Source of the DNA: Chromatiaceae bacterium
GTDB taxonomy: Bacteria > Pseudomonadota > Gammaproteobacteria > Chromatiales > Chromatiaceae
Assembly (NCBI GenBank): GCA_019356535.1
Contig: CP037918.1
Location: 1,332,315-1,396,314 of the forward strand
Direction: 5' to 3'
DNA length: 64,000 nucleotides
Shown: in pieces, positions 1 through 9,939 of the stretch
Numbering within the stretch: the first letter of the stretch is position 1
Layout of the letters: each line of letters starts with the position of its first letter
The notes under the pieces: generated by a model
The model's database searches: none
What the model was told of the DNA's origin: nothing
What the model saw: the letters and a program-made list of their open reading frames with translations, nothing else
Position numbers and translations under genes: made by a program

Positions 1-166
1 CCAGCATTTCCCGAACCTTGCTGTTGTCGTCGTTGCAGCGAACGGTTGCGGCCGGCCCCTGAAAGCTTTCCATACCACCGTAATTCAGCCAGGGCGGCAC
101 CATCACCTGAACCTTGTCACCCAGTTCATCGCTCAAATCGGCAGTGGCCAGCACATCGACCTTCAT
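1..166 (-). CDS. rraA: RraA/HMG-aldolase family protein, N-terminal part (runs off window start)
   Basis: Manual translation MKVDVLATADLSDELGDKVQVMVPPWLNYGGMESFQGPAATVRCNDDNSKVREML matches the RraA N-terminus (T.DL.D, .GG...F.G, DNS.VR..L); GGAGG RBS upstream. Confidence 0.8.
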   Translation of the reverse strand, partial: MKVDVLATADLSDELGDKVQVMVPPWLNYGGMESFQGPAATVRCNDDNSKVREML

Positions 167-306
167 CTTTGCTCCTCCCGTCATGGCAATGAAAAGAGCA
201 TATGCCACTGTCCACGAAAGACAGACGCCTATTGAAAAAAACAATGCGCAGCCACCAGCAGAGAATCTAGGCTTTCTGTGTCAAGCAAGGACCGGGTATC
301 TCCACC

Positions 307-2508
307 ATGAACAGACCCGACTACATCGTGAAAGCCGACCTTCGGATAGACCGAAGACTGCTTGAATTCATCGAGCGAGAAGCACTGCCAGGCACGGGCA
401 TCACCCCGGAAGATTTCTGGACTGGCCTGCAGCGTATCGTCACGCGATTCGCGCCGCTCAATCGGCAACTGTTGCGCCGGCGCAGTGAATTGCAGCACCG
501 GATCGACGAATGGCACCTCAACAACCCATTCGATCCTGTTGCGTACCGGAATTTCCTCGAGGAAATCGGTTACCTGGTGCCGGAAGGCAAAGACTTCGAG
601 ATCAGCACGGAAAACGTGGACCCTGAGATCGCCACCCTGGCAGCGCCGCAGCTGGTTGTCCCGGTCAACAATGCACGCTATGCCCTGAACGCCGCCAATG
701 CGCGATGGGGTTCCCTGTATGACGCCATCTACGGCAGCGACATGCTGCCCCAGGTTCCTGCGAAAACGACCGACCGCATCGACGAGAACCGTGCCCGGGC
801 TGTCATCGCTTATGTTCGGGACTTCCTGGACCGCCATCTTCCGCTGCGAGATGCCTCGCATCACGAGGTGACCGGTTGGTCGATCATCGATGGAGACTTG
901 GTTGCCAGCACCGACAACAAGGGGGAGGCAAGGCTCATCTCGCCCGATCAATTTGCAGGCTATCTCGGTGAGCCAGCACAACCGTCGGCACTGCTGTTCC
1001 GCCACCACGGCCTGCATATCGAGTTGCGTATCAATCGTGACCACCCTGTCGGGGCACTCGACCGCGCCGGTATCGCGGACGTCCAGCTCGAGGCCGCCGC
1101 CACCGTGATCCAGGACTGCGAGGATTCCGTGGCGGCCGTGGACGGTGAAGACAAGACCCTGGTCTACCGCAACTGGCTGGGACTGATGAAAGGCGATCTG
1201 TCCGCGCCGGTCAGCAAGGGCGGTCGCAGCTTCAACCGCACCCTGCATCCGGACCGCCAGTACACGGCGCCGGATGGCAGCACCCTCAAGTTCAAGGGGC
1301 GCGCCCTGATGCTGGTGCGCAACGTCGGGCATCTCATGACCACCCCGGCAGTGCTGGACGGGGAGGATCACGAGATCCCGGAAGGCATTCTCGATGCTCT
1401 GGTCACCAGCCTGATTGCCCTGCACGACCTGCGGGGCAATGGGCGCTGGCGCAACTCGCAGACCGGCTCGGTCTATATCGTCAAGCCCAAGATGCATGGC
1501 CCCGAGGAAGTCGCCTTCACGGTACAACTGTTCGGCGCAGTCGAAGATGTCCTCGGCCTGCCGCGCAACACGATCAAACTCGGCCTGATGGACGAGGAAC
1601 GCCGCACCACCCTCAACCTGAAGGAATGCATCCGCCAGGCCCGCGAACGGCTCATCTTCATCAATACCGGCTTCCTGGATCGCACCGGCGACGAGATCCA
1701 CACCGACATGCAAGCCGGCCCCATGGTGCGCAAGGCCGACATGAGGACTCAACCCTGGATGCGGGCCTACGAGGACCGGAACGTCGACATCGGCCTCGCC
1801 TGCGGTCTGTCCGGGCGTGCCCAGATCGGCAAGGGCATGTGGGCCTTGCCCGACGAGATGGCAGCCATGGTGGAGCAGAAGATCGCCCATCCCAGATCGG
1901 GTGCGAACACGGCCTGGGTGCCCTCCCCCACCGCGGCGGTCCTGCATGCCATGCACTACCATGAGGTGGACGTGTGGGCCGAGCAGGAACGCATACGCCA
2001 ACGGTCACGGGCAAGGCTGGAAGACCTGCTGACCCTGCCACTCGCCGATCCTTCCGAATGGACACCGGAAGAAATCCAGGAGGAACTGGACAACAACTGC
2101 CAGGGTATCCTGGGCTACGTGGTGCGTTGGGTACAGCAGGGCGTGGGCTGTTCCAAGGTGCCGGATATCCGCGATGTCGGGCTGATGGAAGACCGGGCCA
2201 CGTTACGTATCTCCAGCCAGCACATTGCCAACTGGCTCTATCACGGCGTGATCAGCGAGCGTCAGGTGATGCTCACCCTGCGGCGCATGGCCGAGGTGGT
2301 CGACCGACAGAATGCGGACGATCCCGACTACCGCCCTATGGCGCCCGACTACCAGGACCCGGCTTTCGAAAGCGCCTGCCAGCTGGTGTTCCAGGGCCGC
2401 GAGCTGCCTAGTGGCTATACCGAACCGGTATTGCACGTGATGCGTCTGCTGCTCAAGCGACAGGCCTTCGAGGAACTGCCCGGGCCACCGGTGTTGCGGT
2501 TCGCCTGA
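307..2508 (+). CDS. glcB: Malate synthase G
   Basis: 733 aa; [65 protein letters not shown] motifs. Confidence 0.97.
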   Translation: MNRPDYIVKADLRIDRRLLEFIEREALPGTGITPEDFWTGLQRIVTRFAPLNRQLLRRRSELQHRIDEWHLNNPFDPVAYRNFLEEIGYLVPEGKDFEISTENVDPEIATLAAPQLVVPVNNARYALNAANARWGSLYDAIYGSDMLPQVPAKTTDRIDENRARAVIAYVRDFLDRHLPLRDASHHEVTGWSIIDGDLVASTDNKGEARLISPDQFAGYLGEPAQPSALLFRHHGLHIELRINRDHPVGALDRAGIADVQLEAAATVIQDCEDSVAAVDGEDKTLVYRNWLGLMKGDLSAPVSKGGRSFNRTLHPDRQYTAPDGSTLKFKGRALMLVRNVGHLMTTPAVLDGEDHEIPEGILDALVTSLIALHDLRGNGRWRNSQTGSVYIVKPKMHGPEEVAFTVQLFGAVEDVLGLPRNTIKLGLMDEERRTTLNLKECIRQARERLIFINTGFLDRTGDEIHTDMQAGPMVRKADMRTQPWMRAYEDRNVDIGLACGLSGRAQIGKGMWALPDEMAAMVEQKIAHPRSGANTAWVPSPTAAVLHAMHYHEVDVWAEQERIRQRSRARLEDLLTLPLADPSEWTPEEIQEELDNNCQGILGYVVRWVQQGVGCSKVPDIRDVGLMEDRATLRISSQHIANWLYHGVISERQVMLTLRRMAEVVDRQNADDPDYRPMAPDYQDPAFESACQLVFQGRELPSGYTEPVLHVMRLLLKRQAFEELPGPPVLRFA

Positions 2509-2615
2509 CAGGCCTCGTTATCTGATGGCCTGACCTGGAAACACCTCGATTGGCCACTCCCCGCTGAGGGCGCTACTGTCTGACGAGCGCATGGCCTACC
2601 GGTGGGGCGTAAGGT

Positions 2616-2670
2616 GGTGCTGCGGGAGAACCAGCGGCTGGCGCGTCTGCTCAAGGCCGCCAGGCTGCGG
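2616..2670 (+). pseudogene. Possible tiny IS21 istB (ATPase helper) fragment
   Basis: VLRENQRLARLLKAARLR resembles the IstB N-terminal R..RRL.RRL+.A.L motif; far too short to be sure. Confidence 0.25.
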
Positions 2671-2699
2671 ATCATTACCTGTCGGGTCTTAATTACCAT

Positions 2700-3050
2700 A
2701 CGCCCGTCGTGCGGAGACCGAATCAGACCCGGCTTACAGCGTCGACTTCCGCTTCGGAAAAGGGTATTCACCCTCGAAGCGCGCAATGCGCATCTCCAGC
2801 AACTTCTTGTCCATCATCAGATCGCCCACCAGCCGCTTGGCACGCTTGAGCTCCTGTTCCAGTGCGGCAATCTTGGAATCTTCCGTGCGTCGTTTCAGGG
2901 TCGCTATATTTCCCTCAAGAAAATCGTCACGCCAGCGTGACAAGACCGAGGCCGGCTGTCCTGTTTCTCGGCTCAATGCGTCCAGGCTTTCGCCTCTGAG
3001 CAGCCGCAGGGCCACTTCCTGCTTACGCTTGGCAGACCAACGACCAACGT
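2700..3050 (-). mobile_element. Truncated IS3-family element (orfA lacking its start, stub of orfB)
   Basis: GRWSAKRKQEVALRLLRGESLDALSRETGQPASVLSRWRDDFL HTH plus coiled coil, ending at a CCCTTTT slippery site; no orfB catalytic domain or IRs found. Confidence 0.7.
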
Positions 3051-3142
3051 TTCGGCAACGTCTTGAACGACACAGAGCGATCCACACCGCGCCGCGGGAC
3101 TCACGCACGCCACCGTCCACTACTCCGAACGATCGTTGCCAT
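3050..3142 (-). pseudogene. 5' remnant of a second tyrosine integrase
   Basis: MATIVRSSGRWRA*VPRRGVDRSVSFKT aligns with the N-terminus of the intact integrase (MATIWRREKGWTARVRRAGHNVSRSFRT); internal stop; ATG 144 bp from the att core versus 154 bp for the intact copy. Confidence 0.75.
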
Positions 3143-3285
3143 CTCTTGCCCCCTATTTGCCTGGACAGTTGCTGGGACAGTTCGGGACTAGCAACAATGA
3201 GCGCACGCACGCGCAAACACCTAGCGAGAAATCTGCTTGGCAGACAGCTAGATGCCGCCACATGCAAACGAGTGAGCGATACATA

Positions 3286-3301
3286 TGGTGCCCGGAGCCG
3301 G
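3286..3301. repeat. att core, 16-bp copy of the tRNA-Leu 3' end
   Basis: TGGTGCCCGGAGCCGG is identical to 30142-30157, in direct orientation. Confidence 0.9.
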
Positions 3302-3462
3302 CACCATTTGTTAGTGTTATATCAATGACTTATGATGAGAATGTGGCAATTTTGCGACACGCTTGTGCTCGTCTGAGCAAAACTGCAGCGCTGTAACGCT
3401 TGAGCTGAACGGCATTCCGCACCGGGTGTTCGGGCACGGTTTCCTGAGTGCATCGATTTCGA

Positions 3463-4021
3463 TTATTGCACATCACGCATCAGTGGCATGCGGGCCAGCA
3501 CGAAGTCCGCATCCGCCTCCGGTACGCTATACGCTTCGCAGTAGGATGAATACGACCGCACCTTGTCCGCGATCTGGGCCATGACCTCGCTGACGCGTCT
3601 TGGCCCCAGTCCGCACAAACGCCCGAGGTCACGCAGCGCATTCGGTGTCGGCCGATGCCCCGCGCTGCCAAAAATCAATACATGTTCCCGGTTGTCGTTC
3701 ACGTCCGGCAGGATGTCGAAGGCCGGCGTCAATCGCCATCCCCCGTCGCGCCACTGCATGGCAAAGTTCTTCAGGTGGTCATCGGTATTGGCCAGACAGG
3801 CGTTCAGTACGATCTGCCGAAACAGTTGCTCGAGATCCGCCTGTGGCGCCGATGAGACGTTCGCGACCCCCTGGATTACGTCGCAGTAACCGACCTGGTA
3901 GTACCCACGCGCATCCAACAGGGTTTTCAGCGACAGCATGTGCCGACGCCCCCCGGCGGGCGTCACATCGAAACGCTCGAGCAGGAGTGCCTTGCGATCC
4001 GCAGCGCTGACCACGCTTCGT
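3463..4021 (-). pseudogene. hipA: HipA-family kinase toxin, C-terminal half only
   Basis: LLLERFD, NTDDHLKN and LTPAFD motifs; reading frame runs directly into CRISPR repeat 1; no N-terminus or hipB. Confidence 0.85.
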
Positions 4022-6282
4022 GTCTTAATCCCCTTTCTATCGGGTCTGCCTTTCTACAGATGGCGACTATGTAATTGCCAGCAAGACTCGGGTCTTAATC
4101 CCCTTTCTATCGGGTCTGCCTTTCTACTTCCGCTATCCTGAAGTCTCAAGAGAAGAAAGCGTCTTAATCCCCTTTCTATCGGGTCTGCCTTTCTACAGAA
4201 GGATATCAGGAACTGTTCAAACTGATCTGGTCTTAATCCCCTTTCTATCGGGTCTGCCTTTCTACTGCACAAAGCACCGAGCACTGCAAGCACACAATGT
4301 CTTAATCCCCTTTCTGTCGGGTCTGCCTTTCTACGAGGCGAGGCAATGAAAACGTACAGCTTAGAAGTCTTAATCCCCTTTCTATCGGGTCTGCCTTTCT
4401 ACCGAACTGGTTAACCTGTTCTTCAAAATCGGGATGTCTTAATCCCCTTTCTATCGGGTCTGCCTTTCTACGCGGATATGAGCGCGGATCGTCAAAACTT
4501 GTTGCGTCTTAATCCCCTTTCTATCGGGTCTGCCTTTCTACGTGGAACGAAGATGAATTGCTTGCCCTTCGTGGTCTTAATCCCCTTTCTATCGGGTCTG
4601 CCTTTCTACGACGTGTACACGAAGAAAGTCGGCGACAAGACCGTCTTAATCCCCTTTCTATCGGGTCTGCCTTTCTACATCACGACGCCAGCGCCCAGGG
4701 CGCAATCCAATAGTCTTAATCCCCTTTCTATCGGGTCTGCCTTTCTACCCACCACCCGGTGGGCCGCGGGTCGGTCGTCATCGGTCTTAATCCCCTTTCT
4801 ATCGGGTCTGCCTTTCTACATCCAGGAGTTGTCCGACAAGATCCGCTCGCTGCGTCTTAATCCCCTTTCTATCGGGTCTGCCTTTCTACGCTATTGCAGC
4901 GTTCGCTATCACGGATAGCGAAGGTCTTAATCCCCTTTCTATCGGGTCTGCCTTTCTACGAGAGTGCAGTCTTCGATGCGTATCCCACAATGACGTCTTA
5001 ATCCCCTTTCTATCGGGTCTGCCTTTCTACTGAACGCCTATTCGATCTGACTCAGATCGACGGTCTTAATCCCCTTTCTATCGGGTCTGCCTTTCTACCA
5101 GAGTTGAAGAAAAGCTCGATAGAGCTGGTCGTCTTAATCCCCTTTCTATCGGGTCTGCCTTTCTACATGGACGCAGCAATAAAAATGCCTGAATCGTTAC
5201 GTCTTAATCCCCTTTCTATCGGGTCTGCCTTTCTACAACACTGAGAATGAAAGCGCGAAGCGTGCTATGTCTTAATCCCCTTTCTATCGGGTCTGCCTTT
5301 CTACTCCGAGCGTACTGAGCGCAAATTTGAAGATGGTGTCTTAATCCCCTTTCTATCGGGTCTGCCTTTCTACAGCGCAATAAAATGACAGAGCGCGCTC
5401 AGAAATGTCTTAATCCCCTTTCTATCGGGTCTGCCTTTCTACCTAAAATTGGTGATAAAAACTTTACATCAATTATGTCTTAATCCCCTTTCTATCGGGT
5501 CTGCCTTTCTACCTATTAAGATGGCCCGATATGGTGGTATGCATTCGTCTTAATCCCCTTTCTATCGGGTCTGCCTTTCTACTCTGGGCCTATGAAAACC
5601 GCTGGTTCGCCGACGGTCTTAATCCCCTTTCTATCGGGTCTGCCTTTCTACACCTGTGGGTGGACGACGTGCCGCCAGAGATGGCCGTCTTAATCCCCTT
5701 TCTATCGGGTCTGCCTTTCTACAGGTCGAGTGGACAAATGATGGCGTCGAAGCTGTGTCTTAATCCCCTTTCTATCGGGTCTGCCTTTCTACAAAAAGAA
5801 AAAGTAATTAGCTGTTCTTCTATATGGTCTTAATCCCCTTTCTATCGGGTCTGCCTTTCTACAGCTTCGTCGTCTCGCGTTGCACTCTGCGCTATCGTCT
5901 TAATCCCCTTTCTATCGGGTCTGCCTTTCTACTGCAATTCTGAGCAACATCGACGCAAACACCGGTCTTAATCCCCTTTCTATCGGGTCTGCCTTTCTAC
6001 GATTTGAGCGGCGCAATGGAGAACATCGCCCATATGTCTTAATCCCCTTTCTATCGGGTCTGCCTTTCTACTCAGGAGCGCGTATTACAGCGTTTATCGT
6101 CACGGGTCTTAATCCCCTTTCTATCGGGTCTGCCTTTCTACACATCATCACCGAAAACGATAGCGCGAAACGCGCGTCTTAATCCCCTTTCTATCGGGTC
6201 TGCCTTTCTACCCCACGGGATCTCTGTATGGGCATACAACGGGAACGTCTTAATCCCCTTTCTATCGGGTCTGCCTTTCTAC
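4022..6282 (-). CRISPR. CRISPR array 1: 33 repeats, 32 spacers (32-35 nt)
   Basis: 36-bp repeat, minus strand GTAGAAAGGCAGACCCGATAGAAAGGGGATTAAGAC; the ATTAAGAC 3' handle is typical of type III; one variant repeat at 4299; leader at the high-coordinate end. Confidence 0.99.
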
Positions 6283-6380
6283 CGTATGGCCATGTTTTCC
6301 CTTATTATTCATGCTGTTGCATCGGCAGTTAGGAAAACTTTTCGGCATTTCGAAGCTGTCCGGTGTTATCGTCTTCGGCA
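6283..6380 (-). promoter_or_regulatory. Leader of CRISPR array 1
   Basis: AT-richer non-coding stretch between the cas2 stop and the first repeat; shares a ~30-bp motif with leader 2. Confidence 0.75.
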
Positions 6381-6683
6381 TCACTCGCCACCTTCAAGGA
6401 TAGCAGACCATTCCGCTTCTTCGCCCAGGAACACGTCTTCCGGGAATCGCGTTTTACCGATATGAAGGCCGTCTGCCTGGTTCTGGAGCGGGTATATCCT
6501 GATATCGTCTTCATTGGTGATGACGGCGCGCAGATCGGCTACAAGCGCCTCCAGACGGGTTCTGCTGAGTTCTGCCAGGAACACCGAGTACTGCAGGGGT
6601 ATGCCGTAGTTCTTGCACGTCTTGTGGACCCGCACCAGACGACGGGGGTCGGCAATGTCGTAGGAAACCAAGTATCGCTTCAT
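6381..6683 (-). CDS. cas2: CRISPR-associated Cas2 (second copy)
   Basis: YLVSYDIADPRRLVRV...LQYSVF; ATG at 6683 overlaps the upstream stop (ATGA). Confidence 0.93.
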   Translation of the reverse strand: MKRYLVSYDIADPRRLVRVHKTCKNYGIPLQYSVFLAELSRTRLEALVADLRAVITNEDDIRIYPLQNQADGLHIGKTRFPEDVFLGEEAEWSAILEGGE

Positions 6684-7468
6684 GGGCAATCGCGGGTGGC
6701 TGTCCAGAGGTGAAGACGCGCCAGGGCCCGGCGGCCTGTCTCGTCCAGGGTGGGTTCGAGCTGCTGGTAGAACCAGGTCAGATGACGCTGCCGTTGCCGT
6801 TCATCATCGAAGGCCTTGCGGGCCGCGGGATAACGACGCAGCAACCCGGCCCAGTGAAGCAGAATCTTCCACTGCAGGATACCGGCGAGATCGGTGGGCA
6901 GGTCGATAATGCCACCGGTCAGGTGGGGAGTCTGCGCGCCGATGCCCAGGCGCATGAGCCGTTCGGTGGTCCAGGCAAGCGTCCTGGCGCGCAGATGTTC
7001 AATGCTGGCGATCACTGCCTGGCGTTTGAGCTGCCTGCCCACCGTCTCCAGGAGCAGCCGGTGTACCCGGTCGGGATCCGGCAGATGCCCCAGCCAGGGA
7101 TAGTGCCTTGCCAGGGCGAGCAGTTGCTCCCTCTGGTGGTGCGCGCACCAGTCGGCATAGCGCTCGGTGCCGTCGGCGCGGGCTAGAAGCTCCTCCAATT
7201 GCTGTACCAGCGAAGAGTGCTCGCCGCCGGCACCCAGCATGCGCGCCACAATCGTCCCTCGATCGTCGATGAAGATCACCGGGATGCCCTTGCCCAACAG
7301 GCAGAGCAATGCTTCCTGCTCCCAGAGGACCGCGGGGTGGCTGACCACGCGCGAGAGCCGTTCGACCGGATACAGCCGATCGGCCTCGTCTACGCACCGC
7401 ACCAGCAGCGCCGGTCCGTCCAGAAAGACACGGGCACCCTTCCGGCTTTCGAGATAGAGCGGTTTCAT
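6680..7468 (-). CDS. Divergent Cas1-like protein lacking catalytic motifs (262 aa)
   Basis: Cas1-type N-terminal beta domain (LYL...GARVFLDGPALLV...YPVERLSRVV...ALLCLLGKGIPVIFID..G); no EG..A..Y, no N..L..GY, no catalytic His; ATGA overlaps on both sides. Confidence 0.75.
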   Translation of the reverse strand: MKPLYLESRKGARVFLDGPALLVRCVDEADRLYPVERLSRVVSHPAVLWEQEALLCLLGKGIPVIFIDDRGTIVARMLGAGGEHSSLVQQLEELLARADGTERYADWCAHHQREQLLALARHYPWLGHLPDPDRVHRLLLETVGRQLKRQAVIASIEHLRARTLAWTTERLMRLGIGAQTPHLTGGIIDLPTDLAGILQWKILLHWAGLLRRYPAARKAFDDERQRQRHLTWFYQQLEPTLDETGRRALARLHLWTATRDCP

Positions 7469-8430
7469 GGGGTGCTGCTCCCTGTCGGCCCGAAGGTCGC
7501 GAATCGCCTGGCCAGGGTCATGGCGGCCCGGCGCAGGGCCCGCCGCGCCGGCTGTATGCGGCATTCATATGCCTGGTAGAAATGGCGCCGGCCCGCCTTG
7601 GACAACAGGCAGGCCTCGCCGTCCCGGGTGAAGTGCCTGGCGGTGATGAGTTGTTCACGGCACAAGTCCCAACAAAGGCGGTCGACCTGGGGGCGCAGCG
7701 GCTCGATCATGTCGGAGGCGAGCGACTCCCGACCGTACGCCGGTTGGTGATAGAAACCCAGGTAAGGGTCGAGGCCCGCCATCCAGACGGCCTTCACCGC
7801 CTCGCCATGCAGCAGGGTGTAGCCCAGCGACAGCAGCGCGTTGAACGGGTCCCTTGGGGGCCGCCGGTTGCGTCCGGAAAACCCGAGCGATGGGGGAAGT
7901 ATCGCTGCCAGCCCGGCAAAATAGGCCTGTGCCGCACCACCCTCCATCCCTAGCAAGGTCTGGACAGTCGGCTGCGGCTGTCTCGCCAGCCTCAGACGCG
8001 CCTCCCGCACAGACAAGATGGCCTTTCGCAGGGCCAGGCGGGCATCGCCCCGCGCCTCGGCGGCCCGTTCCAGAAACTGTTGCTGGCTGCGAAGCTTGAG
8101 CAACACCAGACGCTTACCCCACCCCGTCCGCCAGGCCAGATCGTCATACGCGCGGGCCTGGCCCAGCCGACGCCGGGCATCGTTGTGCAGAGGCCCGGTG
8201 AAACTACCCTGGAGCCGGTGGTGCCTGCCCGACAGGGTACTCAAGATGACGCCGTTGTCCGCCAGATGGCCCAGCACGCTGGTGTCGAGCGCCACCGTGC
8301 CGCGGATCACGATCCGGTCGAGCAGGTGCAGGGGCAGATTGCTGCGCCGTCCTTCCCGATCACGGATCACGATGCTGGCACCCTCACGCTCGATGGACGC
8401 CACCTGCCGATCCAGATACAAGGTGCTCAT
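7465..8430 (-). CDS. cas1: CRISPR-associated endonuclease Cas1
   Basis: LGMEGGAAQAYF, RPPRDPFNALLSLGY, GFYH and SLASDMIEPLRP are all intact; no RT domain. Confidence 0.97.
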   Translation of the reverse strand: MSTLYLDRQVASIEREGASIVIRDREGRRSNLPLHLLDRIVIRGTVALDTSVLGHLADNGVILSTLSGRHHRLQGSFTGPLHNDARRRLGQARAYDDLAWRTGWGKRLVLLKLRSQQQFLERAAEARGDARLALRKAILSVREARLRLARQPQPTVQTLLGMEGGAAQAYFAGLAAILPPSLGFSGRNRRPPRDPFNALLSLGYTLLHGEAVKAVWMAGLDPYLGFYHQPAYGRESLASDMIEPLRPQVDRLCWDLCREQLITARHFTRDGEACLLSKAGRRHFYQAYECRIQPARRALRRAAMTLARRFATFGPTGSSTP

Positions 8431-8436
8431 CCGCGC

Positions 8437-8721
8437 CTATCCCACGTAGAACCAGTCCGGGTCTGCCGGCGCGACGGCCTTGCCCAGCACGCGCGATTGC
8501 ATGCTCGGGTCGTGACGGATGAGCAGGAAGCGATCTTCTGTCTCATCGAGCAAGGCGCGCATTTCCTTGATAAGCCGCCAGTATTCGGCCGGTGTCAGAT
8601 AGCACTCGAACACCGACTTCTGGCGACCGCACGCATAACCCTTGAGGATCTTCAGGGCCTTGCGCAGGCGACGTGGGTCCGACACGTCATAGGCGGCAAT
8701 GTAGAGTCTGCGTGTGCTCAT
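8437..8721 (-). CDS. cas2: CRISPR-associated Cas2
   Basis: YIAAYDVSDPRRLRK...QKSVFEC; RBS GGGAG. Confidence 0.95.
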   Translation of the reverse strand: MSTRRLYIAAYDVSDPRRLRKALKILKGYACGRQKSVFECYLTPAEYWRLIKEMRALLDETEDRFLLIRHDPSMQSRVLGKAVAPADPDWFYVG

Positions 8722-8818
8722 GATGTCTGCTCCCTTGCGCTATCGGTGAGAGTAGCGCCGCCTGGGCTCCCGGGAGTGAATGGCAAGCTTGCGGAAGCCT
8801 GTCCGCTTGCTTTGGTCC

Positions 8819-9073
8819 TCAGTGAATTCGGCGTGTTGCACTGTCCGGGTCCGACGATTCGTCATCGGGGAAGGCCTCGTTCATGGCGTCGAACATCAGG
8901 TCCGCTGTCCTGAAGCAGGCCGCTACCACGTCTTCCGCGGGAACAGTGGAAAAGGCGGGATTGCGCAGCATTGCCGCCATAGCCCGGTTTGCGACTTCCC
9001 AGATCAGGTCCGATTTTCTCTGACGCATCGGATTCTCTACCTCGGTTCCGGCGACGGGGTGATCGAGGCTCAT
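8819..9073 (-). CDS. Small hypothetical protein upstream of the adaptation operon (~84 aa)
   Basis: GAGG then ATG (MSLDHPVAG...); helical-looking DLIWEVANRAMAAMLRNPAF segment; no family recognised. Confidence 0.5.
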   Translation of the reverse strand: MSLDHPVAGTEVENPMRQRKSDLIWEVANRAMAAMLRNPAFSTVPAEDVVAACFRTADLMFDAMNEAFPDDESSDPDSATRRIH

Positions 9074-9291
9074 CGATGACCGTTCCTCCAGATGCGCAAG
9101 CGACAAGGGCTGGCCATCGACGCCCGCTGCCCATTCTCTGCGTTCGCAATTCGTTCTTGGGAGACGGCAGGCTTGCCGACAACGCCCGTCGCACCAGACT
9201 GTTCTAGGATTCCCATGCGCAACAGGCAATGAAACACGGAGCATCAGCCGTGAACCCGTGCAGCTATTCCAGTGACGGCGATTGGGGCGAC

Positions 9292-9888
9292 ATGCTGGAC
9301 GACCAGGGCCCGGAATTCTGGGAGCATGTGTGCTGGCCCGCCGACGAGCTCATAGAGCATGATCACAATGACGTCTCCCCCGATGATCAGGAAGACCCCT
9401 TCTATGCATACGCCTACGAGGTCGTTTACAAAAAGGATGACAGCACCGAAGAACATGCTCCACCCTTGGCACTGCAGCAGTCTTCCGACGCCAAACAGGA
9501 GCGCCTGGAACAGAACCTGGCCGACTGGCAGCACTGGGCGCAACTCGATCACTTCGCCAGCGAGCCTTCCCCGGTAGATATCGAAAACCATTGTCAGGGA
9601 TCGTCACCTCTGGCCGCTTCGGCAGATCGTCGGGAGCAAATCCTGGCCTGGCTCCAGACATCGGACCTTGCGCGCCCATTTCGATCGCGAAACGGCTTTT
9701 TCATCCGCGGCGGTTCGACCGTCACCCTGCTCAATGGCAGAGAGCTGGACGCCATCCTTTGGCTGTTCTCCGAAGGGATCATCGGCGGCGCCCGTGTCGG
9801 AGGCTACGAAATCGTCTACAACGACGCCAAATCGCCCTGGGGAGAGAGCCTGTCCTTCTTCCCCTGTCGGGTGCCGGCGCCTTTCTGA
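9292..9888 (+). CDS. Hypothetical protein with an acidic N-terminus (start could be 9229)
   Basis: Open frame with a D/E-rich N-terminal half and a globular-looking C-terminal half; no family recognised. Confidence 0.6.
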   Translation: MLDDQGPEFWEHVCWPADELIEHDHNDVSPDDQEDPFYAYAYEVVYKKDDSTEEHAPPLALQQSSDAKQERLEQNLADWQHWAQLDHFASEPSPVDIENHCQGSSPLAASADRREQILAWLQTSDLARPFRSRNGFFIRGGSTVTLLNGRELDAILWLFSEGIIGGARVGGYEIVYNDAKSPWGESLSFFPCRVPAPF

Positions 9889-9939
9889 TGTCGTCCTTGG
9901 ACAAGGCTCCCGCCAGACATAACCGCGGCAGCACCCATG

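Noticed and set aside
229-2001. Long antisense ORFs (also 13370-15493, 15343-17043, 31240-33471, 43890-45620, 46780-48039, 53846-55003 and many shorter ones)
   Set aside because: Shadow frames of well-identified genes in high-GC DNA; no recognisable motifs
2674-2697. GGGTCTTAAT resembling the CRISPR repeat end, between two ATTACC hexamers
   Set aside because: Only 8 bp of the repeat, with no further repeat or spacer structure; likely chance or an IS scar
7465-8430. RT-Cas1 fusion as an explanation for spacer polarity
   Set aside because: Cas1 is 321 aa with no RT motifs, and no RT gene is seen in the window
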